Assembly (NCBI GenBank): GCA_016196885.1
Contig: JACPWU010000025.1
Span: 4,471 to 36,470, forward strand
Direction of reading: 5' to 3'
Length of the DNA stretch: 32,000 bases
Source: Chlamydiota bacterium
GTDB lineage: Bacteria; Auribacterota; JACPWU01
Shown here: positions 1 to 7,925 of the stretch, piece after piece
Layout: each line of letters opens with the position of its first letter
Numbering within the stretch: the stretch's first letter is position 1
Position numbers and translations under genes: made by a program
Notes under the pieces: generated by a model
The model's database searches: none
What the model saw: only the letters and a program-made list of their open reading frames with translations
Told to the model about the DNA's origin: nothing

Positions 1-102
1 ATCTCTCCTGTGAAAAGTTCTAAAAGAGAAGGCCTAATGAGTATCGCTTTGGCCAAGGTCAATCACAGGCATGGTAAAACCCTTCAATCCTTGGCGGAGT
101 GA
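1..102 (+). CDS. possible 3' end of an antitoxin gene (partial, runs off the window start)
   Basis: Frame 1 is open from base 1 to TGA at 100-102 (...GLMSIALAKVNHRHGKTLQSLAE*). It ends just before or overlapping the Doc-family ORF, where a Phd/AbrB-type partner would sit. The 33 visible residues contain no diagnostic motif. Confidence 0.3.
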   Translation: MSPVKSSKREGLMSIALAKVNHRHGKTLQSLAE

Positions 103-499
103 ATCTCTTTTGAAAAATATTCTTTTTCTGACCTTGGCAGAAGTGATTATGATCCATAACAATCAGATTGAGCTGTATGGGGGTCGTGGGGGTGTTCAGG
201 ATATGCGTCTTTTGGAATCTGCCTTGGCACAACCACAGGCCCAATTTCAGGGTGTATGGTTGCATCCCGATCTTTTTGAAATGGCTTCGGCTTATGCTTT
301 TCACATTTCTCAAAATCATCCTTTTATGGATGGGAATAAACGTACTGCTCTTGCTTGTGCTCTTGTATTCTTGGAGATCAATGGTGTTTCTCTGTTGGAT
401 CCAAAGCAAAAATTATTAGGTGCTGCTTGGAGGTTAGCAGGAGGAGAGTTGAATAAAAAAAAATTCTCAGATCTTTTGAGAAGTCTTCCTGAAGAATAA
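71..499 (+). CDS. doc: Doc (death-on-curing) / Fic-fold type II toxin
   Basis: The ORF carries the Doc variant of the Fic motif, HPFMDGNKRTA, and the typical N-terminal LTLAEVIMIHNNQIELYGG...LLESAL. The start is ambiguous: ATG 71 would overlap the upstream partial ORF, while in-frame TTG 110 lies 8 nt after that ORF's stop and gives a more typical Doc N-terminus. Confidence 0.85.
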   Translation: MVKPFNPWRSESLLKNILFLTLAEVIMIHNNQIELYGGRGGVQDMRLLESALAQPQAQFQGVWLHPDLFEMASAYAFHISQNHPFMDGNKRTALACALVFLEINGVSLLDPKQKLLGAAWRLAGGELNKKKFSDLLRSLPEE

Positions 500-500
500 A

Positions 501-2354
501 TTATGAGTTTCTATCTTCCAACGCCTTGTGTGAGCGGGAGGCCGATTTTCGCTCGATTTCGTTGAGCACCCTTTTTCTCAGGCGAATGCTTTTGGGGGTG
601 ACTTCGACCCGTTCATCATCTTCAATATATTCTAGGGCTAGCTCCAGCGTCCATTCTCTGTGCGGCGTCAAACGAATGGCCTCGTCTGATCCAGAGGCAC
701 GCATGTTGGTCAATTTCTTTTCTTTGATCGCATTGACGACGAGGTCATTGCCCTTGTTGTTCTCGCCTACGATCATGCCTTCATAAAGATCAGCCCCTGG
801 TCCCACAAAGAGCATACCGCGCTCTTGTAAATTGTTGAGGGCAAAAGCCACGGTCTTTCCGAATCCTTGAGAAATAAGAACGCCCGTTTGCCTTCTTTCG
901 ATGCCCCCTTTATAAGGCTGATATTCTAAAAAGACGTGATACATGATAATGGTCCCTCGTGTGAGGGTCATACATTCCCCACGGAAGCCTAAAAGACCGC
1001 GAGAGGGAATGGTGAATTCCATGCGGAGGTTTCCCGAAGAAGTTTTCTCCATGTGTGTCATGGTTGCTTTGCGGGGCCCAAGGGCTTGAAGGACGACTCC
1101 TTGATATTGTTCTTCGATTTCAATGACCAGATTTTCGACGGGTTCCAAAATTTCTTTTCCCATTTCTTTTAAGATCACTTCGGGACGGGAAACTTCAAGC
1201 TCGTAGCCTTCCCGCCGCATGGTCTCGATGAGAATAGCCAGTTGGAGCTCGCCTCGACCCGATACTTTCAGGGCTTCACCCTCCTGTGTTTCTTCAACAT
1301 GGATTCCGATATTGGTTCTGGCCTCTTGAATCAATCTTTCTCGCACGTGTCTTGAAGTCAAAAATTTTCCACCATCTTTTCCAGCCAGGGGGCTGGAATT
1401 GTGCGCGAATGTCATTGAGATCGTGGGTTCATCAATTTTAATGAGAGGCAGGGCCTCTGGATTTTCAGAATCCGCGACCGTTTCTCCGACATTCAATTTT
1501 TCAAGACCCGCGATGCAAACAATGTCTCCGGCGCTGACTTCCTGAACAGGGATTCTCTGCATTCCGCGATAAGTGAAAAGTCCTGTAATTTTTCCTTTGA
1601 TTTGGGTGCCGTCGCTTTTAATCAGCGTGACAGGGCTTGCAATTTTCATCTTCCCGTGGTAAATACGCCCCATTCCCAGAACTCCGAGATAATCATCATA
1701 GTCCAACATGGTGATAAGCATCTGCAGAGGTTTTTCAGGATTTGCGATCGGGGGAAGTACCCGGTGAATCAATGTTTCAAAAAGGGGTTTTAAATCTTGG
1801 CTTTCATCTTTCAAATCTATCCAAGCCTTGCCTTCTCTTCCTGAGGCATACACCACTGCAAAGTCTAATTGCTCATCTGAAGCGTTCAGATCGCAAAAAA
1901 GATCAAAGGTTTGATCTAAGACCTCATGCGGTCGGGCATTCGGACGATCCACTTTATTGATGATGACGACAGGCTTTAAATGTAATTCAAGCGATTTTTT
2001 GAGGACAAATTTTGTCTGGGGCATGGGGCCTTCAAAGGCATCTACGAGAAGAAGGACGCCATCGACCATTTTAAGAATACGTTCCACCTCGCTTCCAAAA
2101 TCCGCATGGCCGGGGGTATCCACAATATTGATGCGGACGCCTTTGTATTCGACAGAGGCTATTTTGGAGAAAATAGTAATGCCCCGTTCTCGCTCTAGCT
2201 CATTCGTGTCCATGAGCCTTTCGGTGATTTCCTCGGTCGGCTTAAACTCCCCGCTTTGACGTAAAAGTGCATCGACCAGGGTTGTTTTTCCGTGGTCTAC
2301 ATGAGCGATAATCGCAATATTTCTAATCTCTGGACGTCTTTTTTCAGCACTCAT
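501..2354 (-). CDS. typA: translational GTPase TypA/BipA
   Basis: 617 aa with GTPase motifs AHVDHGKTT (G1), DTPGH (G3) and NKVD (G4), and an EF-G-like domain order without domain IV, typical of BipA. An AAGGAAAG Shine-Dalgarno sequence precedes the ATG on the minus strand. Confidence 0.97.
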   Translation of the reverse strand: MSAEKRRPEIRNIAIIAHVDHGKTTLVDALLRQSGEFKPTEEITERLMDTNELERERGITIFSKIASVEYKGVRINIVDTPGHADFGSEVERILKMVDGVLLLVDAFEGPMPQTKFVLKKSLELHLKPVVIINKVDRPNARPHEVLDQTFDLFCDLNASDEQLDFAVVYASGREGKAWIDLKDESQDLKPLFETLIHRVLPPIANPEKPLQMLITMLDYDDYLGVLGMGRIYHGKMKIASPVTLIKSDGTQIKGKITGLFTYRGMQRIPVQEVSAGDIVCIAGLEKLNVGETVADSENPEALPLIKIDEPTISMTFAHNSSPLAGKDGGKFLTSRHVRERLIQEARTNIGIHVEETQEGEALKVSGRGELQLAILIETMRREGYELEVSRPEVILKEMGKEILEPVENLVIEIEEQYQGVVLQALGPRKATMTHMEKTSSGNLRMEFTIPSRGLLGFRGECMTLTRGTIIMYHVFLEYQPYKGGIERRQTGVLISQGFGKTVAFALNNLQERGMLFVGPGADLYEGMIVGENNKGNDLVVNAIKEKKLTNMRASGSDEAIRLTPHREWTLELALEYIEDDERVEVTPKSIRLRKRVLNEIERKSASRSHKALEDRNS

Positions 2355-2364
2355 CTTTCCTTCA

Positions 2365-2416
2365 TACTGTGAGAAACATGGAATATAATCTTTAAAAGGT
2401 TTTTCGCCTCACAGTA
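2365..2416 (-). promoter_or_regulatory. 9-bp perfect stem-loop in the typA leader, adjacent to its Shine-Dalgarno sequence
   Basis: TACTGTGAG (2365-2373) and CTCACAGTA (2408-2416) are perfect inverted repeats with a 34-nt loop. On the minus strand the 3' arm ends 10 nt before the typA ATG, next to the GGAAAG Shine-Dalgarno sequence. Function unknown. Confidence 0.3.
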
Positions 2417-2506
2417 CTAGCCCACATTTAAACTTTAATTTAAGGAATAGCTTAGCAAGGTGGTACATCTTACCATGGTTTTGGTAAAGAGCAAGGGTGG
2501 AAAATA

Positions 2507-2609
2507 TATCAAAAATCAAAATGCAAATATCAAAATGACAAATCAAAATGTAAAAATTCTTCACTTTAAAGCCAAGAGGGTTTCTTTTTGATATTTGCAT
2601 TGTCATTTT
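2507..2609. repeat. AT-rich repeat cluster: 3-4 tandem ATCAAAATG units plus a 16-bp perfect inverted repeat
   Basis: ATCAAAATG occurs at 2515, 2529 and 2542 (13-14 bp period), with a partial copy at 2508. AATGCAAATATCAAAA (2520-2535) is the exact reverse complement of TTTTGATATTTGCATT (2586-2601). Confidence 0.6.
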
Positions 2610-2639
2610 AATTTTTGCTATGAAAGTCGGGCTCATTTT

Positions 2640-2707
2640 GTAGTCGCCCCATTTATGGGGCTGCCGTGTGCCCCTTGCATGGATTGCCCGATGAATCGGG
2701 CGACTAC
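2640..2707. repeat. REPIN-like element, copy 1 (two inverted GTAG-headed REPs, 24-nt spacer)
   Basis: GTAGTCGCCCCATTTATGGGGC ...24 nt... GCCCGATGAATCGGGCGACTAC. Each half is a GTAG head followed by a short palindrome, and the two halves are near-perfect inverted copies of each other. It lies in the intergenic region between two minus-strand genes. Confidence 0.8.
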
Positions 2708-2800
2708 AAAAAAAGCATGATGGGAAGAACTTTCATCACACACGATGATCTCGAAAGATCATTAAAATTGATATTTTCACATGGAGGCTTATGCCGGGGC

Positions 2801-4012
2801 TTATGCCAAAAATCGAGAGGCCGAGATTCGATAAACGTTTTTGCTCTCTAGTTTGCAAATATTTTCTTCTCTGCAAATTTGAACCAGAGGGATGTGATGG
2901 AGGGCCTCTTGGGTTTTGTAATGGTGGCGGGGAATGATCCCATCTGATAGTTTGGTTTCAATGAGAAGCCAGGGTTCTTTGTTTTTAACAATGAGAAAAT
3001 CGGTTTCTTCTTGCTGTCTATTTCGGATGTAGAATAACTCGAAAGAGTGCTCGCTTGATTCTGTCCATAAGGATGTTTGTGACAAAAGCTCAACGGCAAC
3101 GTAATTCTCAAACCGTTTGCCGGGATCTTGAATGTGCGTCCAGTCGTAAAGATAACATTTGGGGGCCTTCAGAAGGGAGCGCTTGATGTTTTTGGTATAA
3201 GGATGGATTTTGAAAGCCAGAAAAAAGTCCTCCAATCGGCGGAGATAATTTTTAACAGTCGGATGGCTTAGTTCCAGGTGTGAGGCGAGTGAGGACTCCG
3301 AAAGAGGACTCCCTGCCATTTCGGGAAGAAGAAGGTATAGGTCGTACAAGTATTCTTTGTCTATGATTCTGGTGAGAGTTCCGATGTCTTCTTTCAAGAC
3401 GGTGTCCATGTAATCTTCAGACCATTTGGATAAAAATACTTTGGATCCCTTTAGAAAAGGCTCTGGGAAGCCTCCGTATTCAATGAGGGAATCGAGCGTT
3501 TCTCGAGCGTTCGGATGGGTATCCATTTTTTTTTGGATGAAGTCTTGAACTCCCTTGGGTGTCGAGAGAGATTTTTTAGAAGAATGGAATTCAGAAATGG
3601 AGAGGGGAAAGAGATGAAATGTGAAGTATCTTCCTGAGAGGCTGTCTCCCGCCCGTTTGAAAATGTCGAGTTTTACAGATCCTGTTACAATGAAATGGTA
3701 GTGGTCGGACAGACTGTCAAAAATCGCTTTTAGGGCGTTTTTCCATTTCGGGATTTTATGGATTTCGTCGAAGCAAACCCATTGTTTATGAGAACGGGGA
3801 GGCCGATCTTCCGTCAAGAAAAGCTGATTTTCCTTGTATCGGTTTCGGACCGAGCGCAAATCCCATAAATAATACAAAGCCTCTGTTTTAGCTTCTTTGA
3901 GTTTAAGCTTAGCCAGAGTGGTCTTCCCGCATTGGCGAGGACCTGTGATGAATCTCATTTGTCTCCCCCAGGTCTCAGAGAAGGCGAGTGTAGATAAGGT
4001 ACGTTCCAGCAT
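2801..4012 (-). CDS. AAA ATPase of the AAA_14/DUF4143 family with a C-terminal PD-(D/E)xK-like motif
   Basis: 403 aa with Walker A GPRQCGKTT, Walker B VCFDEIH, and a C-terminal ETDFLIV-x9-LLIETK segment (a D...ExK pattern). Confidence 0.85.
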   Translation of the reverse strand: MLERTLSTLAFSETWGRQMRFITGPRQCGKTTLAKLKLKEAKTEALYYLWDLRSVRNRYKENQLFLTEDRPPRSHKQWVCFDEIHKIPKWKNALKAIFDSLSDHYHFIVTGSVKLDIFKRAGDSLSGRYFTFHLFPLSISEFHSSKKSLSTPKGVQDFIQKKMDTHPNARETLDSLIEYGGFPEPFLKGSKVFLSKWSEDYMDTVLKEDIGTLTRIIDKEYLYDLYLLLPEMAGSPLSESSLASHLELSHPTVKNYLRRLEDFFLAFKIHPYTKNIKRSLLKAPKCYLYDWTHIQDPGKRFENYVAVELLSQTSLWTESSEHSFELFYIRNRQQEETDFLIVKNKEPWLLIETKLSDGIIPRHHYKTQEALHHIPLVQICREENICKLESKNVYRISASRFLA

Positions 4013-4024
4013 AATAACAATTTA

Positions 4025-4080
4025 AAGTATTCATTTCAAAAAGTCAATACTTATTTAAGTATTCATTTAAAATAGTCATA
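4025..4080. promoter_or_regulatory. two ~25-bp direct repeats in the divergent promoter region (candidate operator)
   Basis: AAGTATTCATTTCAAAAAGTCAATA (4025-4049) and AAGTATTCATTTAAAATAGTCATA (4057-4080) repeat with a 32-bp period. They lie 13-68 nt upstream of the DUF4143 ATPase start, between it and the divergently transcribed sugar operon. Confidence 0.4.
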
Positions 4081-4160
4081 TCCGTCTCATTGCTTCCTCT
4101 TCTTGTTTTTTGGGACTTTGTTCTTTAAAATAGAAAAAATTGTTATTTAGGAGATGAAAA

Positions 4161-5105
4161 ATGGCTTTGACATTGGTTACAGGCGGTGCAGGCTTTATTG
4201 GTTCTCATGTGGTAAGAGGTCTTTTAGAAAAAGGTGAGAGGGTTCGTGTTTTTGATAATTTTTCCAGTGGCAAAGAAGAAAATTTAAAAGAGATTCAGGG
4301 TCAGGTCGATGTTATAAAAGGTGATTTGACGAATGAAACAGAAATAAACTCTGCCCTGAAAGGGGTGGATTTTGTTTTTCATTTGGCTGCCATCCCTTCT
4401 GTTCAGCGCTCCATTGAGGACCCCATTCGAATTTATAAGGCCAATGTCTTGGGGACCTTGAATCTTCTTTGGGCAGCGCGAAAGGCCGGAGTGAAGCGTT
4501 TCATCTATTCTTCGAGTTCATCTGCTTATGGGAATCAACCCACTTTGCCGAAAGAAGAGTCTATGAAGCCGGATCCCATCAGCCCTTATGCTTCTTCGAA
4601 ATTGGCGGCCGAATATGATTGTGCTGTGTTTCACGCGGTGTATGGGGTTCCGACTGTGATGCTTCGATATTTTAATGTGTTTGGCCCTCGTCAGGACCCG
4701 GCTTCCTTGTATGCGGCGGTGATTCCCCGTTTTATCAGCCGACTTTTGAAGAAAGAGCCGCCGATTGTTTATGGAGACGGGCTTCAAACCCGTGATTTTA
4801 CTTATGTGGAGGATGTGGTGCGGGCTAATCTTTTGGCTTGTGAGGCAAGCGAAAAAATATTGGGTCAATGCTACAATGTGGCCTGCGGGCAAGAGATTAC
4901 CTTGTTGCAATTGTTGGATGAAATGCAGAAAATTTTAAAGGTTAAGATTTCCCCCCGATTTGAACCTTCTCAAATAGGAGATGTTCGAGCCTCCCGGGCC
5001 TCCATTGAAAAGGCAAGAAAGGCTTTTGGTTATGAACCAACGGTCTCATTAAAGGAAGGGTTGAAAAAAACGATTGCGTGGTTTGTTTCAAAAGAAAACA
5101 GATAG
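4161..5105 (+). CDS. NAD-dependent epimerase/dehydratase (extended SDR, UDP-sugar 4-epimerase-like)
   Basis: 314 aa with TGGAGFIGSH Rossmann motif, SSSSAYG, and the catalytic YASSK (YxxxK). An AGGAG Shine-Dalgarno sequence lies 7 nt upstream of the ATG. Confidence 0.9.
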   Translation: MALTLVTGGAGFIGSHVVRGLLEKGERVRVFDNFSSGKEENLKEIQGQVDVIKGDLTNETEINSALKGVDFVFHLAAIPSVQRSIEDPIRIYKANVLGTLNLLWAARKAGVKRFIYSSSSSAYGNQPTLPKEESMKPDPISPYASSKLAAEYDCAVFHAVYGVPTVMLRYFNVFGPRQDPASLYAAVIPRFISRLLKKEPPIVYGDGLQTRDFTYVEDVVRANLLACEASEKILGQCYNVACGQEITLLQLLDEMQKILKVKISPRFEPSQIGDVRASRASIEKARKAFGYEPTVSLKEGLKKTIAWFVSKENR

Positions 5106-5188
5106 ACGTATAGGGAAGGGGTTTAGCGAGAGATTTAGCTTTCCCCTTTTCTTGCCTATTTTTCTCTCAATTGCTATCATACCCGCTT

Positions 5189-7117
5189 ATGTGTGGAATC
5201 ACCGGATTTAATTGGAAAGAAGCTGAATTGGTTCAGGCTATGGGGCGCCAGATTGCGCACCGGGGGCCGGATCAGCAGGGTTTTTACGCCGATGAAGGGG
5301 TGTCTTTGGCTCATCAGCGCCTCAGCATTATAGATTTGTCTGAACATGGGCGCCAGCCTATGACAAGTGAGAACTGTTCTGCTTGTACCCGGAAACTATG
5401 GGTCGTATTTAATGGCGAGATTTATAATTTTAAAGAAGTCCGCACTTTCCTAGAATCCAAAGGTCATCAATTCCATAGCCATTGCGATACCGAGGTGATT
5501 TTGCATGCCTATGCTCAAGAAGGTCCTGAATGTCTCCACCGTTTTAATGGAATGTTTGCGATTGCGATATGGGATGGGGCCCGAAAAGAATTTTTCCTGG
5601 CTCGGGACCGCTTAGGCGTAAAACCCCTTTATTATTATTGGAAGGAGGGACGTTTTGTCTTTGCATCAGAGATTAAAGCCATTCTCCAAGATCCTAAAGT
5701 GTCTCGCGAAGTCAATCCCAAGGCCATTTACGATTATTTAGGATTCGAGTTTGTTCCGGCCGATCAAACGATGTTTAAGGATATTTACAAACTTCCGCCC
5801 AGTCATTGGATGCTTTTGCGGGGTCGAGAGCTTCAAATCAAAAAATATTGGGATGTGAAATTTTCCTCACAAGAAGAAATGGCTCAGATGAATCGACCCA
5901 AGATGGTCAAGGAATTGATCGAGCGATTGAGCGAGTCTGTGCGAAAGCGTTTGATCAGTGACGTGCCTTTGGGCGTTTTTCTTTCGGGAGGGTTAGATTC
6001 AAGTGCCGTGGTGGCGATGATGAGCCGCCATATGAAAGAGCCGATCAAGACTTTTTCTCTGGGCTATGAAGACCCTACTTACAGCGAATTAAATTTTGCG
6101 CGGCAAGTGGCTGAGCAATTTAAAACAGAGCATACCGAGATTATCATTGATCCCATCACCGTTCCTCTTTTTGAAAAAGCGGTGTGGCATTTGGATGAGC
6201 CCATGACAGATCTTTCTACCATTCCTTTTATGCTCATTTGCAGAAAGGCGAGGCAAAAGGTGACGGTCTGTTTGAGCGGGGAGGGGGGCGATGAAGTTTT
6301 TGTAGGGTATGATCGCTTTAAGGCCAGCAAATTCGATCAAATGTTTCAAAAAATTCCAGCGCCACTCCGAAAATATTTAATTTATCCACTTGTTCAAAAA
6401 TTACCTGATCAATCCCAGAAAAAAGGTCTCCTCAATGTGATTCGAAGGTTTATGGATGGTTCAGCTTTACCTCAATCGGGTCAACACATGCGCTGGCAAT
6501 ATTTTCTGAATCCTGCGAACAACCCTCGTCTCTTTTCGGATGAAGTTTTAGGTCAAGTCAACGGATCTCCTTTCCATTTGATTGAGAAGGCCTTGACACA
6601 ATGTTCTTCCACGGATCGTCTGAATCAAGAGATTTATGTGGATCTTCGATTTACCATGCCGGACAGTGTCTTGATGAAAGTGGATAAAATGAGCATGGCG
6701 ACGGCGCTGGAGGTAAGAGTCCCCTTTTTAGATTATGAATTTGTTCAATTCAGCGCGGGTCTTCCGAGCAATTGGAAATTGGAAGGCTTTCAGACCAAGG
6801 CGATTTTCCGAGAGGCTTTGAAAGGAATTTTGCCTGACAACATTGTGGGTCGCGGGAAACAGGGCTACAGCTTTCCCATCAAAAATTGGCTGCGTCAGGA
6901 ATTAAAAGATTATATGAAGGAACTATTAAATGGGTCTCCTCTCATTCGCCAATATTTAAAACTGGACTATATACATCAATTGATTGAAGAGCATCTGGCC
7001 CGCACGCACAATCACAACCATGTCCTCTGGGCCCTTATGAACCTCGCTTTGTGGCACAAGATTTTTGTGCTGGATCAATGGGCAGGGCATCGCTTGGAAG
7101 ACCGTGCTGTGGTTTAG
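5189..7117 (+). CDS. asparagine synthase (glutamine-hydrolysing) family amidotransferase
   Basis: The N-terminal MCGITG provides the Ntn nucleophile Cys2, which requires the ATG at 5189 rather than the track's TTG at 5171. The PP-loop motif SGGLDSS is present, and the total length is about 640 aa. Confidence 0.9.
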   Translation: MCGITGFNWKEAELVQAMGRQIAHRGPDQQGFYADEGVSLAHQRLSIIDLSEHGRQPMTSENCSACTRKLWVVFNGEIYNFKEVRTFLESKGHQFHSHCDTEVILHAYAQEGPECLHRFNGMFAIAIWDGARKEFFLARDRLGVKPLYYYWKEGRFVFASEIKAILQDPKVSREVNPKAIYDYLGFEFVPADQTMFKDIYKLPPSHWMLLRGRELQIKKYWDVKFSSQEEMAQMNRPKMVKELIERLSESVRKRLISDVPLGVFLSGGLDSSAVVAMMSRHMKEPIKTFSLGYEDPTYSELNFARQVAEQFKTEHTEIIIDPITVPLFEKAVWHLDEPMTDLSTIPFMLICRKARQKVTVCLSGEGGDEVFVGYDRFKASKFDQMFQKIPAPLRKYLIYPLVQKLPDQSQKKGLLNVIRRFMDGSALPQSGQHMRWQYFLNPANNPRLFSDEVLGQVNGSPFHLIEKALTQCSSTDRLNQEIYVDLRFTMPDSVLMKVDKMSMATALEVRVPFLDYEFVQFSAGLPSNWKLEGFQTKAIFREALKGILPDNIVGRGKQGYSFPIKNWLRQELKDYMKELLNGSPLIRQYLKLDYIHQLIEEHLARTHNHNHVLWALMNLALWHKIFVLDQWAGHRLEDRAVV

Positions 7118-7228
7118 AGCCTGTCCATTATGGTGCAATTTCCGCTCTATTGTGGTGTAGGTTGTCCTTCTAAAGATTTGACTGTGGTAGGTATGTCTGC
7201 GAAAGGTATCCTGATTGCTAACATTTTC

Positions 7229-7257
7229 TTGAGATTTAGGATAGTATCATAGATAAT
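7229..7257 (+). promoter_or_regulatory. candidate sigma70-type promoter giving a leaderless toxin-antitoxin transcript
   Basis: TTGAGA (7229-7234), a 17-nt spacer, then GATAAT (7252-7257). The PIN-gene ATG at 7264 is 7 nt after the -10 box and has no Shine-Dalgarno sequence. A small palindrome, AGTAT-N8-ATACT, overlaps the spacer and the -10 box. Confidence 0.35.
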
Positions 7258-7263
7258 ACTGCC

Positions 7264-7692
7264 ATGAAGCCTCTCCGGATTGTGATGGATACCAACGTTC
7301 TCATTTCCGCTTTACGATCTAATCAAGGGGCCTCTTTTCAGTTGCTTCGGCGGGTTGATTGTCAGAAATTTCAACTTTGCCTTTCGGTGCCGCTTGTTTT
7401 GGAGTATGAGGCATCGGCAAAAGAGATTGTTTTGGAGACGGCGTTAACGAGGCGTGATATAGATGATGTGATAGATTATGTTTGTACTGTGGCAGAGCCG
7501 GTGAAAATATACTTTTTATGGAGGCCTGTTCTGCGTGATCCAAAGGATGATATGGTTTTGGAGTTGGCTGTCACAGCGGGTTGTGACGCGATTGTAACAT
7601 TCAATAAATCGGATTTTTTAGAGGCTGTTCAGTTTAGAATTAAGATTTTAACACCAAAAGAATTGCTGGAAAAAATAGGAGAGCTTCCATGA
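7264..7692 (+). CDS. PIN-domain toxin (putative toxin-antitoxin system toxin component)
   Basis: 142 aa with N-terminal IVMDTNVLISAL (first acidic PIN residue) and C-terminal IVTFNKSDF. The gene overlaps the downstream RHH gene by 4 bp (ATGA). Confidence 0.85.
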   Translation: MKPLRIVMDTNVLISALRSNQGASFQLLRRVDCQKFQLCLSVPLVLEYEASAKEIVLETALTRRDIDDVIDYVCTVAEPVKIYFLWRPVLRDPKDDMVLELAVTAGCDAIVTFNKSDFLEAVQFRIKILTPKELLEKIGELP

Positions 7693-7925
7693 GTAACATC
7701 AGTCTCAGATTACCAAATTCTCTACATCAATTTGTCCGTTACCTTGCCGAAAAGGAACACGTTTCAATCAATCAAATGATCACCCTTGCCTTGACTGAGA
7801 AAATATCGGCTCTGATGACAGAGGAATATTTAGGTAAACGAGCAAAAAAGGGAAGTAAGAGAGCATTTTCAAAAGTTCTGAACAAGGTTTCAAATACTGA
7901 GCCAGCACCGCATGACCAATTCTAG
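7689..7925 (+). CDS. ribbon-helix-helix / HicB-type antitoxin
   Basis: 78 aa. ISLRLPNSLHQFVRYLAEKEHVSINQMITLAL has an RHH pattern (beta strand, helix, helix), followed by a basic tail RAKKGSKRAF...EPAPHD that is typical of this antitoxin group. Confidence 0.8.
   Translation: MSNISLRLPNSLHQFVRYLAEKEHVSINQMITLALTEKISALMTEEYLGKRAKKGSKRAFSKVLNKVSNTEPAPHDQF

Noticed and set aside
526-2259. Plus-strand ORFs of 63-100 aa (526-786, 1602-1793, 1742-1960, 1957-2259) inside typA
   Set aside because: They lie entirely antisense to a very confidently called, conserved GTPase gene. Their translations are low-complexity and Ser/Arg-rich with no motifs, as expected for shadow ORFs.
2409-2636. 75-aa minus-strand ORF in the typA-upstream gap
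   Set aside because: Its sequence (ILICHFDICILIFDIF...) is just the translation of the AT-rich ATCAAAATG repeats. It has no Shine-Dalgarno sequence and no protein-like features.
2744-2761. ATGATCT-CGAA-AGATCAT hairpin downstream of the DUF4143 ATPase stop codon, considered as a terminator
   Set aside because: It is a 7-bp AT-rich stem with no following U-run on the minus (transcribed) strand. It may be incidental.
5106-5188. Possible intrinsic terminator after the SDR epimerase gene (GAAGGGG...CCCCTTTTC)
   Set aside because: The stem is only 4-7 bp with a ~20-nt loop that is a direct repeat (TTTAGC twice), not an inverted one. This is too weak to call.
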